Shown here: piece after piece, positions 51,491-64,000 of the stretch
Layout: every line of letters begins with the position of its first letter
How positions within the stretch are numbered: the stretch's first letter is position 1
Origin: Camelus dromedarius
Taxonomy: Eukaryota
Assembly: GCF_036321535.1 (NCBI RefSeq)
Contig: NC_087436.1
Location: 109,556,001 to 109,620,000, forward strand
Reading direction: 5' to 3'
Length of the DNA: 64,000 nt
Program-made: the position numbers and the translations under genes
Notes under the pieces: generated by a model
Told to the model about the DNA's origin: nothing
What the model saw: the letters and a program-made list of their open reading frames with translations, nothing else
Databases searched by the model: none

Positions 51491-52231
51491 CATTTATTTC
51501 TTTTCTTTTGATACCTGTTATATTAGAACAGTCTTTTATTGTGTGCTCCCCGAAATCTATCTCCTTCTAACTCTTACTCTTTGCTTCTTTCTGCCTTAGT
51601 TATATTTGGATGTACTTGTTGCTGAAACGAATGTATGCTATTGAGAACAGCCACTTGGACTTAACTCATGTGTCAGACATGCTCACGCTTCGTGTCTGTA
51701 TGGTTTAGCTGATTATGCCCAAGTCTACAAAGAGGCAAGGAAGCTGTACCAAGTTTCTGTCCTTTTAGTCCCCTCTACCCTTTGCACACAAGAGCCCATT
51801 GGCTTGCTGTTCTTTCTAGTGCAATATTGTTAACAAAAGTCTCTTTTGCTAAGCAGACCTGCATGATACCACTTGTCTGCCTGAATTCTACTTGTCCTTC
51901 AGTTTCTGGCCCGGTACCAGCACCCCTCAGAGCACAAGTTCTTCCACAGCCCAGTCTGGGTTAGATGTGTCTTCTCCTTTCTCATGCTTATCTCTGTCCA
52001 GGCACCGGCCATGCTTCTTTGGAATTCTGCATTGATTGGTGTACAGTCTTCTCCTTAGTCGAGAAGCATCCTGAGAGCAGGACCCACCCCTTTCTGTTTC
52101 CAGGGCACCTTGAAATGCACAGAGTAGAGTCATAACACATATTTGTTGACGGTACAATGAATGACAGAAAGGATAAACAAACTCTCATAATCTCTAGTCT
52201 CATTTACAAAGCCCCTTAAAAGTGCCCTCCT

Positions 52232-52411
52232 AGAAAACAAACATGATTACCAAAGGGAAAAGGGGAGGATAGCGGTAAATTAGGAGTCTAGGATTAGCAG
52301 ATACTAACTACTATATATAAAATACATAAACAACAAGGTCCAACTTTATAGCACAGGGAACCATATTCAATATCTTGTAATAGCCTATAATGGAAAAGAA
52401 TCTGAAAAAGA

Positions 52412-52447
<36 letters not shown>

Positions 52448-52522
52448 ATAACTGAATCACTTTGCTGTATACCTGACACTAACACAACATTGTAAATCAA
52501 CTATATTTCAATTAATTTTTTT
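52232..52522 (+). mobile_element. 5'-truncated L1 3' end with internal (TA)(TG) tract and TSD
   Basis: ggattagcagatac...tatagcacagggaac; TSD aaagtgccctcct / aaagcaccctcct. Confidence 0.9.
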
Positions 52523-53499
52523 AAAGCACCCTCCTGATTTAGCCTCAGCTTTCCCCCATTCTGTCTTCCAAGACACAGTCTCTCTTCTTTTTTTCCAACC
52601 ACCTGTTTGCTGCCCTTTGTAATGGAAATCAATTCACTTCTGCCTTCTCTAATACTGCCTCTCGGTTTTCACGTTATATCAATAAGACAACAAAGTGAAT
52701 GTACATGGAAGCTTCCTCCTGCTTCCCGGAGAGCATGGTGATTCTCCAAACATGAAGATTTTGGTCTCTGTTTTATTTATTAAAAATACGTACATCTACC
52801 TATCATCTATCTATAAGATATGCTAAGTAGCAAATGGCTCACAGTTAATATTTTATGAGCAGGGGTTCTGCGATATCTCTATGATTTTCATTTTGTTTGC
52901 ATTTTCTAAATAGCTCATGATGAAAATGTCATCTTTTACATAGGGGAAAACAGTTAAATTATTTAGAACATGACTTATTAGATTTGGCAATGAAAAGTTC
53001 CCTAGTGTCCCTCCAGGAAAATTTTTGGGGCAAAATTGAAGTTAAAAAATAAAATTGCTAGGAGGAAAGAATTCTAAGCTTATCACTTAAAAATTTGAAA
53101 CTTTTAAAGCTTCTTACCCTGCTGAGATGAACTTCAATTAAAATTTGAATATTACAATATGTTGATTCTTTTAGGATATTCTAATGACTATCTAAGTGAG
53201 TCATCAAATGAGTTTCATTTAATCGTGCAGGGAATGGATATAATGCTTACTCTCTTTCTCTAAGGAATGAGGAGGCAATGTCAGTATCCACCAGTCCAGG
53301 TGCAGCCTCAGGAGTCATCATAGACCTGAAACTGGGGTCTAAGGGTCCTGGAGGGAATGGTCATATTAAAATACTCTGAAATTTATCAAGTTTCTTTTGG
53401 ATCGTTTCAGTTTCCATGAAATTAGTTCCTTCTCTCCCCAGACTGTTAAGAGTATTTGGAAAATATGTGTTCAAGGGCTTCACTCCAGGACCCTCTGAA

Positions 53500-53700
53500 G
53501 ATAACACGGCAGCATGATGAGGATGGCATATTGCTTAGGAGTCAGAAAAGCATCAAAGGTGGAATGCCAGCTGTACCTTTCGCCTGCTGTGTCCTCGAGC
53601 ATATAAATCCCTTAATTCCTCTAAGTCTTAGTTCTTTATCATAATAACAGGGTTCTTACGAGGGTCATGACAAAATTAATATTTGATATTTGTGGGTAGT
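53500..53700 (+). mobile_element. MIR SINE
   Basis: ggagtcagaa...gctgtgtcctcgagca...ctctaagtcttagtt. Confidence 0.6.
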
Positions 53701-53760
53701 AGTTATATCCCTCTGCCTTTTTCTTGTTTCTTCCTCCGCTACTGGATTACTTTTATTTTA

Positions 53761-53894
53761 TTTATTTAATTATTTTACTTTGGCAGGGGGTAGGTAATTA
53801 GGTTTATTTATTTTTGGAGGAGGTACTGGGGATCGAACCCAGGACCCTGTGTATGCTAAGTGTGTGCTCTACTACTTGAGCTATACCCTCCCCC
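53761..53894 (-). mobile_element. tRNA-derived SINE, Vic-1-like (camelid)
   Basis: Minus strand reads ggggagggtatagctcaagtagtagagc (A box)...gggttcgatcccc (B box), then an A-rich tail; exact flanking repeat ctggattacttttatttta. Confidence 0.9.
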
Positions 53895-54499
53895 CTGGAT
53901 TACTTTTATTTTAAATAAATGTTTCTTATTCTTCTGTGAAGGGCACGGTCTCCTTAGAGAAGTTAATGAAAGCCATGGAATCTCTCTCCAGGAAAATATA
54001 CACTTATGCAAAGGTTGACATACAATTTTAGACAGTTTCATGGGCCTAGACCTTAATAAACATTGTTTTACATTTTTGAATCTCAGCTCAATTCCATTTT
54101 TTCCTCTCCCATGAGATTCAAATCTGAGGACCTTTCCCAAGGGCTGTTGGAGACTGGGAAGGGTGGCATCTCTCACTATCCACCAGCATATACAACACAA
54201 CAGCAGGTGACAATGAGCAGAAATGATGGGTTAGGGACTGCAACCAGTGTTGAGTTTCTCTTCCAAGGCCTTGTTAATTTTTCTGGGGCTCACTTGTTCA
54301 AAGCCACCATTGTTTACCTACAGGAAGCAAATAAGAATCAAACTCTAGATGATCAGATCTTCTGATGCTTCAAAGCCTGGATTAGCATTCTACTTTTGGT
54401 TGATTCATCTCTAATCAAAGGGACGTTAAAAAGTCAATTTGTCAAATCCCTAATTTAAGCTCATTTGATTTCTGTTCAGCATGCTGCAATCGGAATAGT

Positions 54500-54918
54500 C
54501 AAAGAAACAAACAAGCAGAAGCACAGAACATCTGGATTTTGCTTTTGCCTTCGGGAACTTCTCTGGCCGCCAAAGTCCCCTCTGCTTTGCCCGAAGTGCA
54601 GGAGACTTCACACCTCCGGAAACAGCCCTCGATCCATGACAATGGGACTGGTGTATCAGAACCCAGTTCTCCCACTCCCATGGTAAGACACCCCAGAGAC
54701 CCGCGTTGTACGTTGGCTCCCAGGGCTTCCTCAGTTGAGTTATGCTCCAGTTACCCAAGTAGTAGCAGCAGCAGACTTGATAAAGCACCCTTCATTGCTT
54801 TACTTCCTCTCCTGTCTCACTGCTGACTCACCTAACAGTGTCTTCTTCACTCCCAAATACATGACTTGAATTTGAATCATCTATTAGAGTCAGCATCTAG
54901 AAGAACTCAAGCGACGAC
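54500..54918 (+). mobile_element. ERVL LTR16-like LTR
   Basis: aaacagccctc...ccttcattgctttacttcc...ctcccaaata...gtcagcatctagaagaac. Confidence 0.65.
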
Positions 54919-54949
54919 ATTATCTATTGCCCTCAAGGGGTATGTTTTG

Positions 54950-55102
54950 GCTCTCACTTACTGTAGGAAGTTGAATGTCCCTGTTCACTACCCACTAGAT
55001 ATCTGCAGCGGTCCCCAGGCATTGTGAAAACCAAAGCACCTGCTCATACGTCCAAATGTCCCCCCGGGGGGCAGTAATATTACTCCCAATTGAAAATCAC
55101 AG
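54950..55102 (-). mobile_element. MER20-like hAT element
   Basis: ctacccactagat...ccaaatgtcccc..gggggca...ttgaaaatcac. Confidence 0.7.
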
Positions 55103-56169
55103 ATCTACCAGTTAAGCCATTTAATTCTAGTTTAAAATGTATACCTAAAATGATTGACTTAAGTTTATAATTTTAAGTTAAAAGAAATGGTACTAGGTTT
55201 TGCAATATTGCAAATAATTTTTACAATATAATAATATTTACAATAATTTCAGATTTACTGTATTTATTATGTCTGTGATTTATTAGGCTTATAAGAATTG
55301 GTTAAGTTCCTGGGGAACTTTTTTGTTATTCAGATTATTGAATTGCATATAAAAGAAAAGCAAATATATTAAATGTGTAAATGCTGTTTAAAATATTTAA
55401 AGGGATTTAATTAACTAAGATGTAAAATCCCCTTTAAAAGTCATACTTAAGATTTACTGGATTTATAAAGAGCATCACAAGTTTGTAAATTAAATCTAAA
55501 TGTTTTGTAAAAAATGGAACAAACTAAGCCTCTCATTTTGTAACTTCAGTAAATTAAATATTAATTAAAAAATTATAGTAGCCCTAAAAAATATTTCCTG
55601 TGTGCAATAACCTCAAATAAAGCAACACTTTAACTTTAATAGTGTCTAACAAGTCTCACTCTTTATTCGAAAAAGCTTACCAAGAGTCTCTGTCCCTTCT
55701 TTAATCAAGCTTAATTCACATTTCAAAGCACCTTCTTCCTCCACCTTCCCCATAAACTTGGCCTTGATGCCTCCAGTTTTTACTCCTTTCTTTGCTTTTG
55801 AATGTCTACTGTATTTACAGTCTATGTGGTGCAATTTTACCTCATAGTGTCTTATAGTTTCTTATGCTATAATTTTATTATTATTTCCCACATATGTTAG
55901 TGTAGCCTTAGAACTGGAGTGGTAATTCTTTCATGATTTTCATTTCTTTTGAATCATCCCAAGAGCCTTCCCAAGACACATTCTATCCTCTCCCATTCTG
56001 CAGCATCCCAACTCCAGAGATCCTGCCTAGCTCCAGCTTTCCTAGTTCCATAAACACGGTGTTTCCTTCAAGTAGCTGATCTTAAGCCAACTGGCATTGC
56101 CCCAGCCACAGGTTCAGGGTCCCCCTCGTCATTGTGTTGAACTTAGCTTAATGCAGCTGCCTTGACTAC

Positions 56170-56720
56170 AGTTGCATCAATTGTCTCTTGCGCCAATAAT
56201 GGGGTGAATAAACTGCCTCAAAACTCAGTGGCTTATAAAACAACCATTTATAATAGCTTACGAGTTTAAGAGTCAGCTTCAAATCAGGTTCTGGTCCCAG
56301 CTGGACTCATCTGTCTGTCTTCCATCAGCTATGGGTCAGGCAGGCTCATCTCAGCTGATCTTGGCTGGAATCTCCTGCAAACATGAGAGTCAACTGACTG
56401 TTGGCTCTTTTAGCATAGCCTCGTCTGGGATGACTGCTTTCCCCTCAATATTTCACATGGCCCCAGGCAACTTCACAGACTAGTTGGGGCATGTGCTCTT
56501 AGCAATCAGAGCAAAGGTAAAAAGAAAGTGACAGACACAAGTGCTTTGTCAAACCTCTGCACGAGACAAGTCTGCTAAGATCCTATAGGTCCAAGCAAGT
56601 CACATGATCTGAGGAATATGGAAATAGTCTTAACTGAAAAGAACTGCAAGGTCGCCAGGTGAAGAATGAAGATATAGGGAAAGGGCAGAGCTGGGCCATC
56701 AATGCACTAAATCAACATCA
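56170..56720 (-). mobile_element. MLT1F/H-like LTR
   Basis: caaaactcagtggcttataaaacaacc...ccaagcaagtcacatg. Confidence 0.7.
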
Positions 56721-58569
56721 GTAAAAGGTCAAAATACCTGCTAGGAAATACAAGATTGAAAACCTCTCATGTTTCTGAGTAATGTAAAACCTGAAATTTC
56801 TGCATATATTTTTGCATAAGTGAGAAAAAGTGTCCAAGAGAACAGTCAGAGTGAACAGAATGATGCAGAATCATAGCTCTGCATGACTGAATCCCATTCA
56901 ATATCTAAACGTTTCCAGTAATTTCAACGAATGCATCCATTTATTTATTTATTTTTTTCAAAAGGAAGACATGCGTATACAATCTCATTCAAAACCCTCT
57001 CTTGTGGTCAGCCAAGTAAATGAATTTGTTACACACACCCACACACACACACACTCACGTGTCATGAATTAAAATTATGCAAAATTTACATCCCTGATAG
57101 CCTAACAGTTTGGAATAAGGAGAATCACTCTGTGAAAGTAATACAAACTTTTATTGTTAACATAACTTAAAAAAGATATGTGTGTGTGTGTGTATATAAT
57201 AGAAGGCTTAAAAAGTATTTAAAGGCACTTCAAAATAGAAGTTCCTGAACAAACATTGTAGGCAGATAGTGTCCTGAAAAGAGCTTGCAGCCTTGTGAAC
57301 TGATACAGAAGCTTGTTAACAAATCCAGCACACTTACAAGGGTCATATATTAGAAACTTCCTCTGGCAGAGAGACCTCTACTGCATTTCCAAGTTTCTTT
57401 ATATAAAATGATGACTCTCTGGAGGTTTTACTGAAACAAAGGGGTTTATCATCTTTACAACATGTGCTAAATACTTAATTCCTTTGCTCTTTTAGGTGTA
57501 AGAGTGAGTTCTATGGACAGCAGATTTGTCCGTGGGATTTCAGATGAGCCTCACTGATCTCAGTTTTTGGTTATGCAAAAGACACTTCTAATATGTTAAG
57601 ATCTTATACATGTCCCATGATGCATCATTTGGAATCACATTTTTGGATGGAACATATGTAGAGCATGAAGCTATCTCTTTCTGGGAATAGCACTGTTTTA
57701 TTTATTTTTTTCTTTTCTTCTTAGTAAAATAGTCATTTCTAATTCCTTAATGTGAATGGCAATTCATGGTGTTACTAATTTCAGGAGAGGCATCCTCATG
57801 TTGCAGCGAAGAATTATAGCTGTGTTATTTACTTCATGTTCCTCAAAGCTCTGTGCACAGGAAATACTGGTTTCAGAAGAAACTGTCCCATTGATTTCCA
57901 ATGAAATTTAAGAAATGTGTTTCCAGGGACAGATGTTGAACCCTAAAATGAAATCAAGCCCATTAAAAAGATATTAATGTTCCATTCGGAGAGAGAACAC
58001 TGTAGAATAACTTCATTTAATTTGTTGAAATAACCAATATTTACTGCTTTTGATATACTGTCCTAGATGGTCAGATAGGAGATTGAATAAGATAGGGTTC
58101 ATTCCCTCATGAAACTCACACACGAATGGGAACAGGCAAAAATTCTGGATATGAAAAGGATACCGTTTAGAACTAAAAATAAAGCCCTGAAAGAATAAAG
58201 GTATCACAATGAAACAATACTTGATTTAGTTCTTGAAAGATGGGTAAGAATTACACACTGTTTTCCTGGTTTCATGGGGTTTTTTTTTTGTTTTTTTTTT
58301 GCTAATTTTGAGAGTGAGGAAGGAGGGAATAATTTCTCTCCAACTGTAAATTCATATTGTTCAAATAAAGTGGATTTAATTCCTATCTCTAAGTATGGAC
58401 CTCTGATTGAGGATTGGCTAAAATGAATATCTTGTTGCCTTGGTTCACATACTTGGTTCGGGGCCAGGGAAATGAGGATGGTGTGTCAAAAGTTATACAC
58501 ATATAAAATCAAAAGAGGTAGTTGGAAGAATGGAGTGCCTGGTATGTGAGAGTACCTTAACAATTCAGG

Positions 58570-59505
58570 CAGTAGCCAGGGCAAAGATTTTGCCAAATAT
58601 TATAACATGTTGAAATTACTTGGCAAGAATTTGAAGCATCTGTCATAAAGTGCTTCAAAAATTAATTACAAAGTTTCTGAAACAAATGAAAAAATAGAAA
58701 ATTTCAGCAAAGAAACTGAAGTTGTAGGAAAGAACCAAATAAAAGCTATGGAAATAAAAAACACCACACCCAGAATTTAAAAATCTAAATGAACTCAAGA
58801 CTGGGTGGGGAGGACAGAAGAGAGAGTCAGTGCATCTGCAGATAAATCGATAGAATTTCTTAATCTGAGTAACAGAGAAAACAGACTGCAAAAAATTAAG
58901 GTGGCCTATAGGACAATAGCAAATGACTTAAATTTTGTATTATCAGATTCCAGAAGTAGAGGAGAAAGAAGGTGGAACTGAAAAAGCATTGAATAAATAA
59001 TGACTTAAAATTTCTCATATTTGGTGAAAGACACAAACTTGCAGATCCAAGCAGTTGAGCAAACTCCAAATAAGATAAATGCAAAGAAATCCACACTAAG
59101 ATGTATCAGAAGTAAATATTTGAAAACTAAAGACACAGTCTTAAAAGCAACCAAAGATAAATAACATATTACCTATAATTAGGTAAAATTGAACCACCAT
59201 TTGCAGATACTAACTACTATATATAAAATAAACAACAAATTTATACTGTATAGCACAGGGAACTATATTCAATATCCTATAATCTATAAAGAAAAAGAAC
59301 ATGAAAATGTATATATGTATGTATATGTATGACTGAGCTATCGTACTGTACGCCAGAAACTGACAAAACATTGTAAACCGACTATACTTCAATAAAAAAG
59401 GAAAAATAAATTAAAAAAATTCTTAATATACCAAGAAAGAGGGAAGCTTCCTCAACCACATACGGAGGATCTACACAAAACCTATTGCTCCAATCATACT
59501 GAATA
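58570..59505 (+). mobile_element. Old L1M ORF1/ORF2 remnants with a younger L1 3' end at ~59200-59420
   Basis: ORF1-like aaatagaaaatttcagcaaagaa...; tatagcacagggaactatattcaatatc...cttcaataaaaa. Confidence 0.8.
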
Positions 59506-59792
59506 TAACACAGATATAAATAGACTTTTACTGTTATTCTTTAAGAAACACTATTTTTTAATCCCAAATACTTACAGATATAAGTACATATTGAATAGTG
59601 TTTTTGATATTCTGCCTATATTGTTTCTTTAAAATAATAACAATTTTATCTCTTCTTGTGTTTCTTCCCGTATGAAAATATCCATTTACATAAACAAAAG
59701 TAGAAGGGTTCTAATGCCCTTTGGGGCCACTCAGTGTGCTTGGCATCCTGATAATCTTTACATATATTGTACAGCTTAATACTTACAAACCA

Positions 59793-60290
59793 TGTATTAG
59801 TTTTCTATTGCTACTATAACAAAGTTTCACAAAATTAGAGGCTTAAAACAATGAAAATTTATACTCTGACATTTCTGGAGGGCAGAGATCCAAAAGGAGG
59901 TTTACTGAGTTTACCGAGTTAAAAGTCTGGGTTCCAGGAGGGCTGGTTCTCTCTGGAGGCTCTGATGGGGAATCTGTTTCCTTGTCTCTTCCAGCTTTCA
60001 AGGCTCTTAAATATGCTACTTGGCTTTGACCCCTTCTTTGCATCCCTTCAGCCTCTTGCATCTGTCATCACATTTCCTTCCACTTACTATGCCTTCTTGA
60101 CTCCCTTTTATAATGACTCTTGTGATTGCATTAGACCAACCTGGATTATTTAGAATAATCTCCCCATCTCATGATCCTTAACTTAATCACATCTGCAGTG
60201 TTCTTTTTGTCATATAAAGAAACATATTTACAGGTTCCTGGATTTAGAATATGGGTATCTTTGGGAGGCCATCGTTCTTTCTACTGTAAC
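59793..60290 (-). mobile_element. MLT1D/E-like LTR
   Basis: tgtattagttttctattgct...ggaggctct...atccttaacttaatcacatctgca. Confidence 0.85.
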
Positions 60291-60319
60291 CACCCAGTTA
60301 GTTAGGTACTTGTTTTAGA

Positions 60320-61155
60320 CGTTGCTGGTTGCTCCCCCGTATTCAGTCCTCCTTTATTCCTTAGTGATAAAAGTTTTAGTGGTCACAAGCAAACACTGGT
60401 AAAATTTATAGATTCCAATTTCTCTTACAGTTAGGTGTGGTCATGTGACTTCCACTGAGCAATACATGTGAGCAGATGTGAGGATAACGCTTGCAGCCCA
60501 AAGCCTTTTGGAACCAGTGCACAGTATTTCATGTCTCCTTCCCCTTGCTGTGCAGCCAGTGAAGCTTCAGCCTGCATCCCTGTGTGAAGATTAGCCCACC
60601 AGGATCCCTACCAAGAGCCTAACTGAAATGAAAATCATGCATGAGCCGACTGGGTTGTTAGACACTCGAGATAATCTTGTCCACCCTGACGGAGTATATT
60701 CATATCCACACACAGTGCTGGCTACCTAGGTGACAGCCATCCCCGTCCCCCTTCTCCCTGATAGCATAGCTTGTTTATGACGGAAATCACAAACGCCAGG
60801 AAGTCGCTTTCCCTAGGAAAGCTGTAGGCACACAACCCAATTGAGGCCAGTATTATCTTAAGAAATGAGAACTCTATGAGAAAGCTTCTGGGAAAGTTTT
60901 TCCTTTCTAATAAAATATGACCATTTCTGGTTTCCCTTTACATTTTTGGTGTTATCAGATGAGGATATGGTATTCAAAACTAGGGTAGCCATGTCGCAGC
61001 CATGAGGGAAAGCCAAAATGTAACTGAGGATTGATTCAAAATCTCTAACGTTGTTGGGCTGCTGAATCAATCTTGTTAATTACCTCATTATGAATGTCCT
61101 GTTATGTGGGAAAGCATCGTTTTGGCCACTTTAAATAGGATTTCCATTACTTAAA
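60320..61155 (+). mobile_element. Old MLT1-like LTR pieces
   Basis: ttaggtgtggtcatgtgact; cagccatgagggaa. Confidence 0.5.
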
Positions 61156-62884
61156 ACAGAAAGTATGTATTATTTGACATATAAAGATTTCCCCTAAAAT
61201 CTACTATTTCAGGAACCAAATAAGTTTAGACGAATATATTTTCTGATAAATCTCTTATTAAGCATCTTTTGTTAGTCTCTCTGCAACAGAGGAAAAAATT
61301 GCTTCTTATAACACCTAGTCTCTCGGTAGGAACAGCTCACTGTTCAAACCCATGAATTGTCTGATAATGTTTGAGAGATTCATGTGTATATAGCAAAATA
61401 TACACGTATAAACATACACACACCATGAAAGTATAGTTATGGTAGGGTTTGTGTAGCATTCACTCTAAGTGTAAATATTGACTTTGAAACAAGTAGTATG
61501 TCAACTGGATATTTTATTCATATTTCATATGTATATGTGCATATATGTATATATGTACATTTTATACTAAAGCTTCTGTTCTAAAAGTAACTTTAAAAAA
61601 CAGAAAATACCTATTTTATCCCACTTAGGTTCATAAAATTCCACAGAGAAGTATCAGTGGGGTCAAGGTAGGGGAGAAAAGAGAACAAGTCTTTATGCCT
61701 CACTGTGGATTTCACGTTTTGTAATTCAACTGATTTCTAGTCTTTTATGATACTTCTGTAATTTAGAAATCAAGTTTATTTTAGAAATATTAAATATTTC
61801 AGAAGCCTATAAAACAGCTGAAAAAAGAAATACAGAAATAAACCTTCAGGTTCCGTATGTGATAATGGAATAGAATAAACTATAATTTTCCCCCAAACAC
61901 CTATTTTTAATAATATTTTGTGGGCAGACAATCCAATTACAGTTTCAGGGTTACTCAGGTTGCTTGGAACTGTAGGCCCAGCATGACCTCTTTCCCAGAA
62001 AAAAAACAAGCCCAGAGAACAGTATAAAATATTACAGATAAGGGAGTACTTTCTGACACATCGTAGCCTGAGACATTTGTCAAGGTCATGTCCAAAAGAT
62101 CACCTGGATTAGGCTGCAGCATAATAATGTGTGATTTTTACTGGGATAGTAACACATACAAACTTCCCTTCAGATGCTCGGTCCAATGTGAACTAAATAC
62201 TGTTAACTGAAGTGGGGAACAATTTCTGATTTTTTTGTTTGTTTGTTTTTTTGGTTTGTTTTCCATTTCCTTCCATCTTCCTGTTGCTTACTTCATTTCT
62301 GGTAGCTCCTGCACTCTGCGATACCACCTAATGGCTCTGTTGCCCAAGAGGCAGCATATTCAACCTCTGTTTCTAGTCTGGCTGAGAAGTGCAAGAATTG
62401 CTTAGCTAAAATAAAACTGTTTTGAAAACCTGACCCAGTCTAGGAAGTATATCCACATGGGCCTTTCTGCAAAATGAATTACTTCATTTACAGCTTAGTA
62501 TGATACAAAATGAGAGCTTCCTTTAATAATATGGGAAAGGAAAACAAGTTATTGGAAAGAGAGAAACACAGTCGAGGAAAGAAAAATAACTTTTTCAGAG
62601 ATAATTAAGAAATAGATTAAAAATGACTGCTATCCCAAGGAATTTTTCCTTGTGATAAAAAAATTGTGTTTGGAATTCACATGTTGCACTGTTACATTAT
62701 TTTACATAATTTAGATGCTATATAATTCTCAAAAATATTTCCTCCTTTTCTAAATACTGGTCAACATTGGAATTAAGCTGCATAAATTATGTACTATATT
62801 TTTACAGCATTCAGTCTAATCATACTGATACTTAATACTGCTATATTTTTGTGGCATAGATTTCTTAGTATTTACCAATTTTCA

Positions 62885-63250
62885 TTTTTTTCCTTCCTGG
62901 ACAAGAAAGTAAACAATATTTTCCAGCCTCCCTTGCCATTGGATTGGTGGGGCATTGAGCTGGCTTTTGTTTATTGGAGTCTATGGACCATTTCCAGAAA
63001 TGGTCCATAAAAATTCTTCTCCTGAGAGCTTCTTGCTTTTCCCCTGACTAGTAATTGGGTGCAAAGGATCAAGTCGAGGCCTCTGAGGCTCTAGAGAATG
63101 GCAGAGCTGCAAGATACACAGCGTCTGGATCTCTGTAAAACCACATGGAAGCCGTTCCACCATCTAGGGACATCTGCATTAGATGTGACGTAAACAGGGA
63201 ATTGATTTTGTTATGTTAGGACAGTACAACTTTGGTATCGGTTTCTAGCC
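62885..63250 (+). mobile_element. MLT1-like LTR
   Basis: atttccagcctcccttgc-like start; atggcagagctgcaagat...ctggatctctg. Confidence 0.6.
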
Positions 63251-64000
63251 TTGTATACAAATTCTTCCACTATCTCCGAATATCAACTTCAAGTAGAGAG
63301 AACACCAAATTCAGAAGACAGGGAGATTTTTTTTGCATTTGAAAAGAAAATGTCAGTGAGATATGGGTGAGTTAGGCAAAATTCTAAAACTTGAGTTTAA
63401 TGTGCATCAAATTTTTACCAACATAGGGAAAATTCCTGACGGAGATGTATAATTCCTGACGGAGATGGGAAATGCATGCATTTCCCAGTTTTCAGATTAA
63501 ATGCAGGAGCTGCTTGCAAAGCTGTTGTGTTTTCTATACCGCTCCTCTTTCAGTTTTGCCCTGCCACTGCACAGAAGCACCTGCTTGAGCTATTGAGGCA
63601 AAACACCTTCCCAGATGCTTGTGGGTTTAATCAATACTACAAATGGTCTTTGAAGGAAACATAAAATACTGAAAGCCTTTATGATACAGCTAGTTAACCA
63701 TTTAAACCACAAACATTTATTTTAAGTACAAGTAATGGCCAGCATTACAAAGGAGTAATGTCTTTTATTACAGTAGGCATTGCTGTGGTTTCTTTTACTT
63801 GATATGTAGACCAAGTGACTGGGGGGGTGGATGAAAATAAATCAGCTTCTTGGGATTTGTCTTTTAAATAGCTTTGCCTCAATTTTTAAAGAATTCTTTG
63901 TCCACACATAATTTCAGAGATGTTTCCCGGATAATGATAGTCAAGAATGTAAAGGGCATGTATCAGTTATCTATTGCTGTGTCACAAATTACCCAAATTT

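Noticed and set aside
53810..53894. tRNA-like sequence
   Set aside because: A-rich tail and TSD identify it as a SINE, not a tRNA gene
57475..57512. Possible 8-nt microexon ttttag|GTGTAAGA|gtgagt
   Set aside because: Not frame-preserving, no host gene identified, and expected by chance in 64 kb
1..64000. Prokaryotic-type systems (CRISPR arrays, operons, retrons)
   Set aside because: The sequence is mammalian, there is no repeat-spacer array, and the RT sequence present belongs to LINE-1

Overview
Repeat-rich, AT-rich mammalian genomic DNA (intergenic or intronic), most likely from a camelid, based on a Vic-1-like tRNA-derived SINE and cetartiodactyl-type L1 3' ends. I could not recognise any host protein-coding gene. 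The dominant feature is a young full-length (~7.1 kb) LINE-1 on the minus strand (16677-23773) with target-site duplications, a CpG-rich 5'UTR, an open ORF1 and an ORF2 broken by three visible lesions. It is the innermost layer of a four-level nest: MIR > MER47/Tigger-type DNA transposon > 5'-inverted older L1 > full-length L1. The rest is mostly ancient MaLR/ERVL LTRs, L2, MIR, hAT elements and L1 fragments. Most short ORFs in the track look like noise. I found no convincing new biological system. The best leads are L1 architecture oddities (YADD motif, spacer ORF overlapping the ORF2 start), one candidate exon and two perfect palindromes. Repeat family names come from recalled consensus sequences, not from a search, and boundaries of old repeats are approximate.
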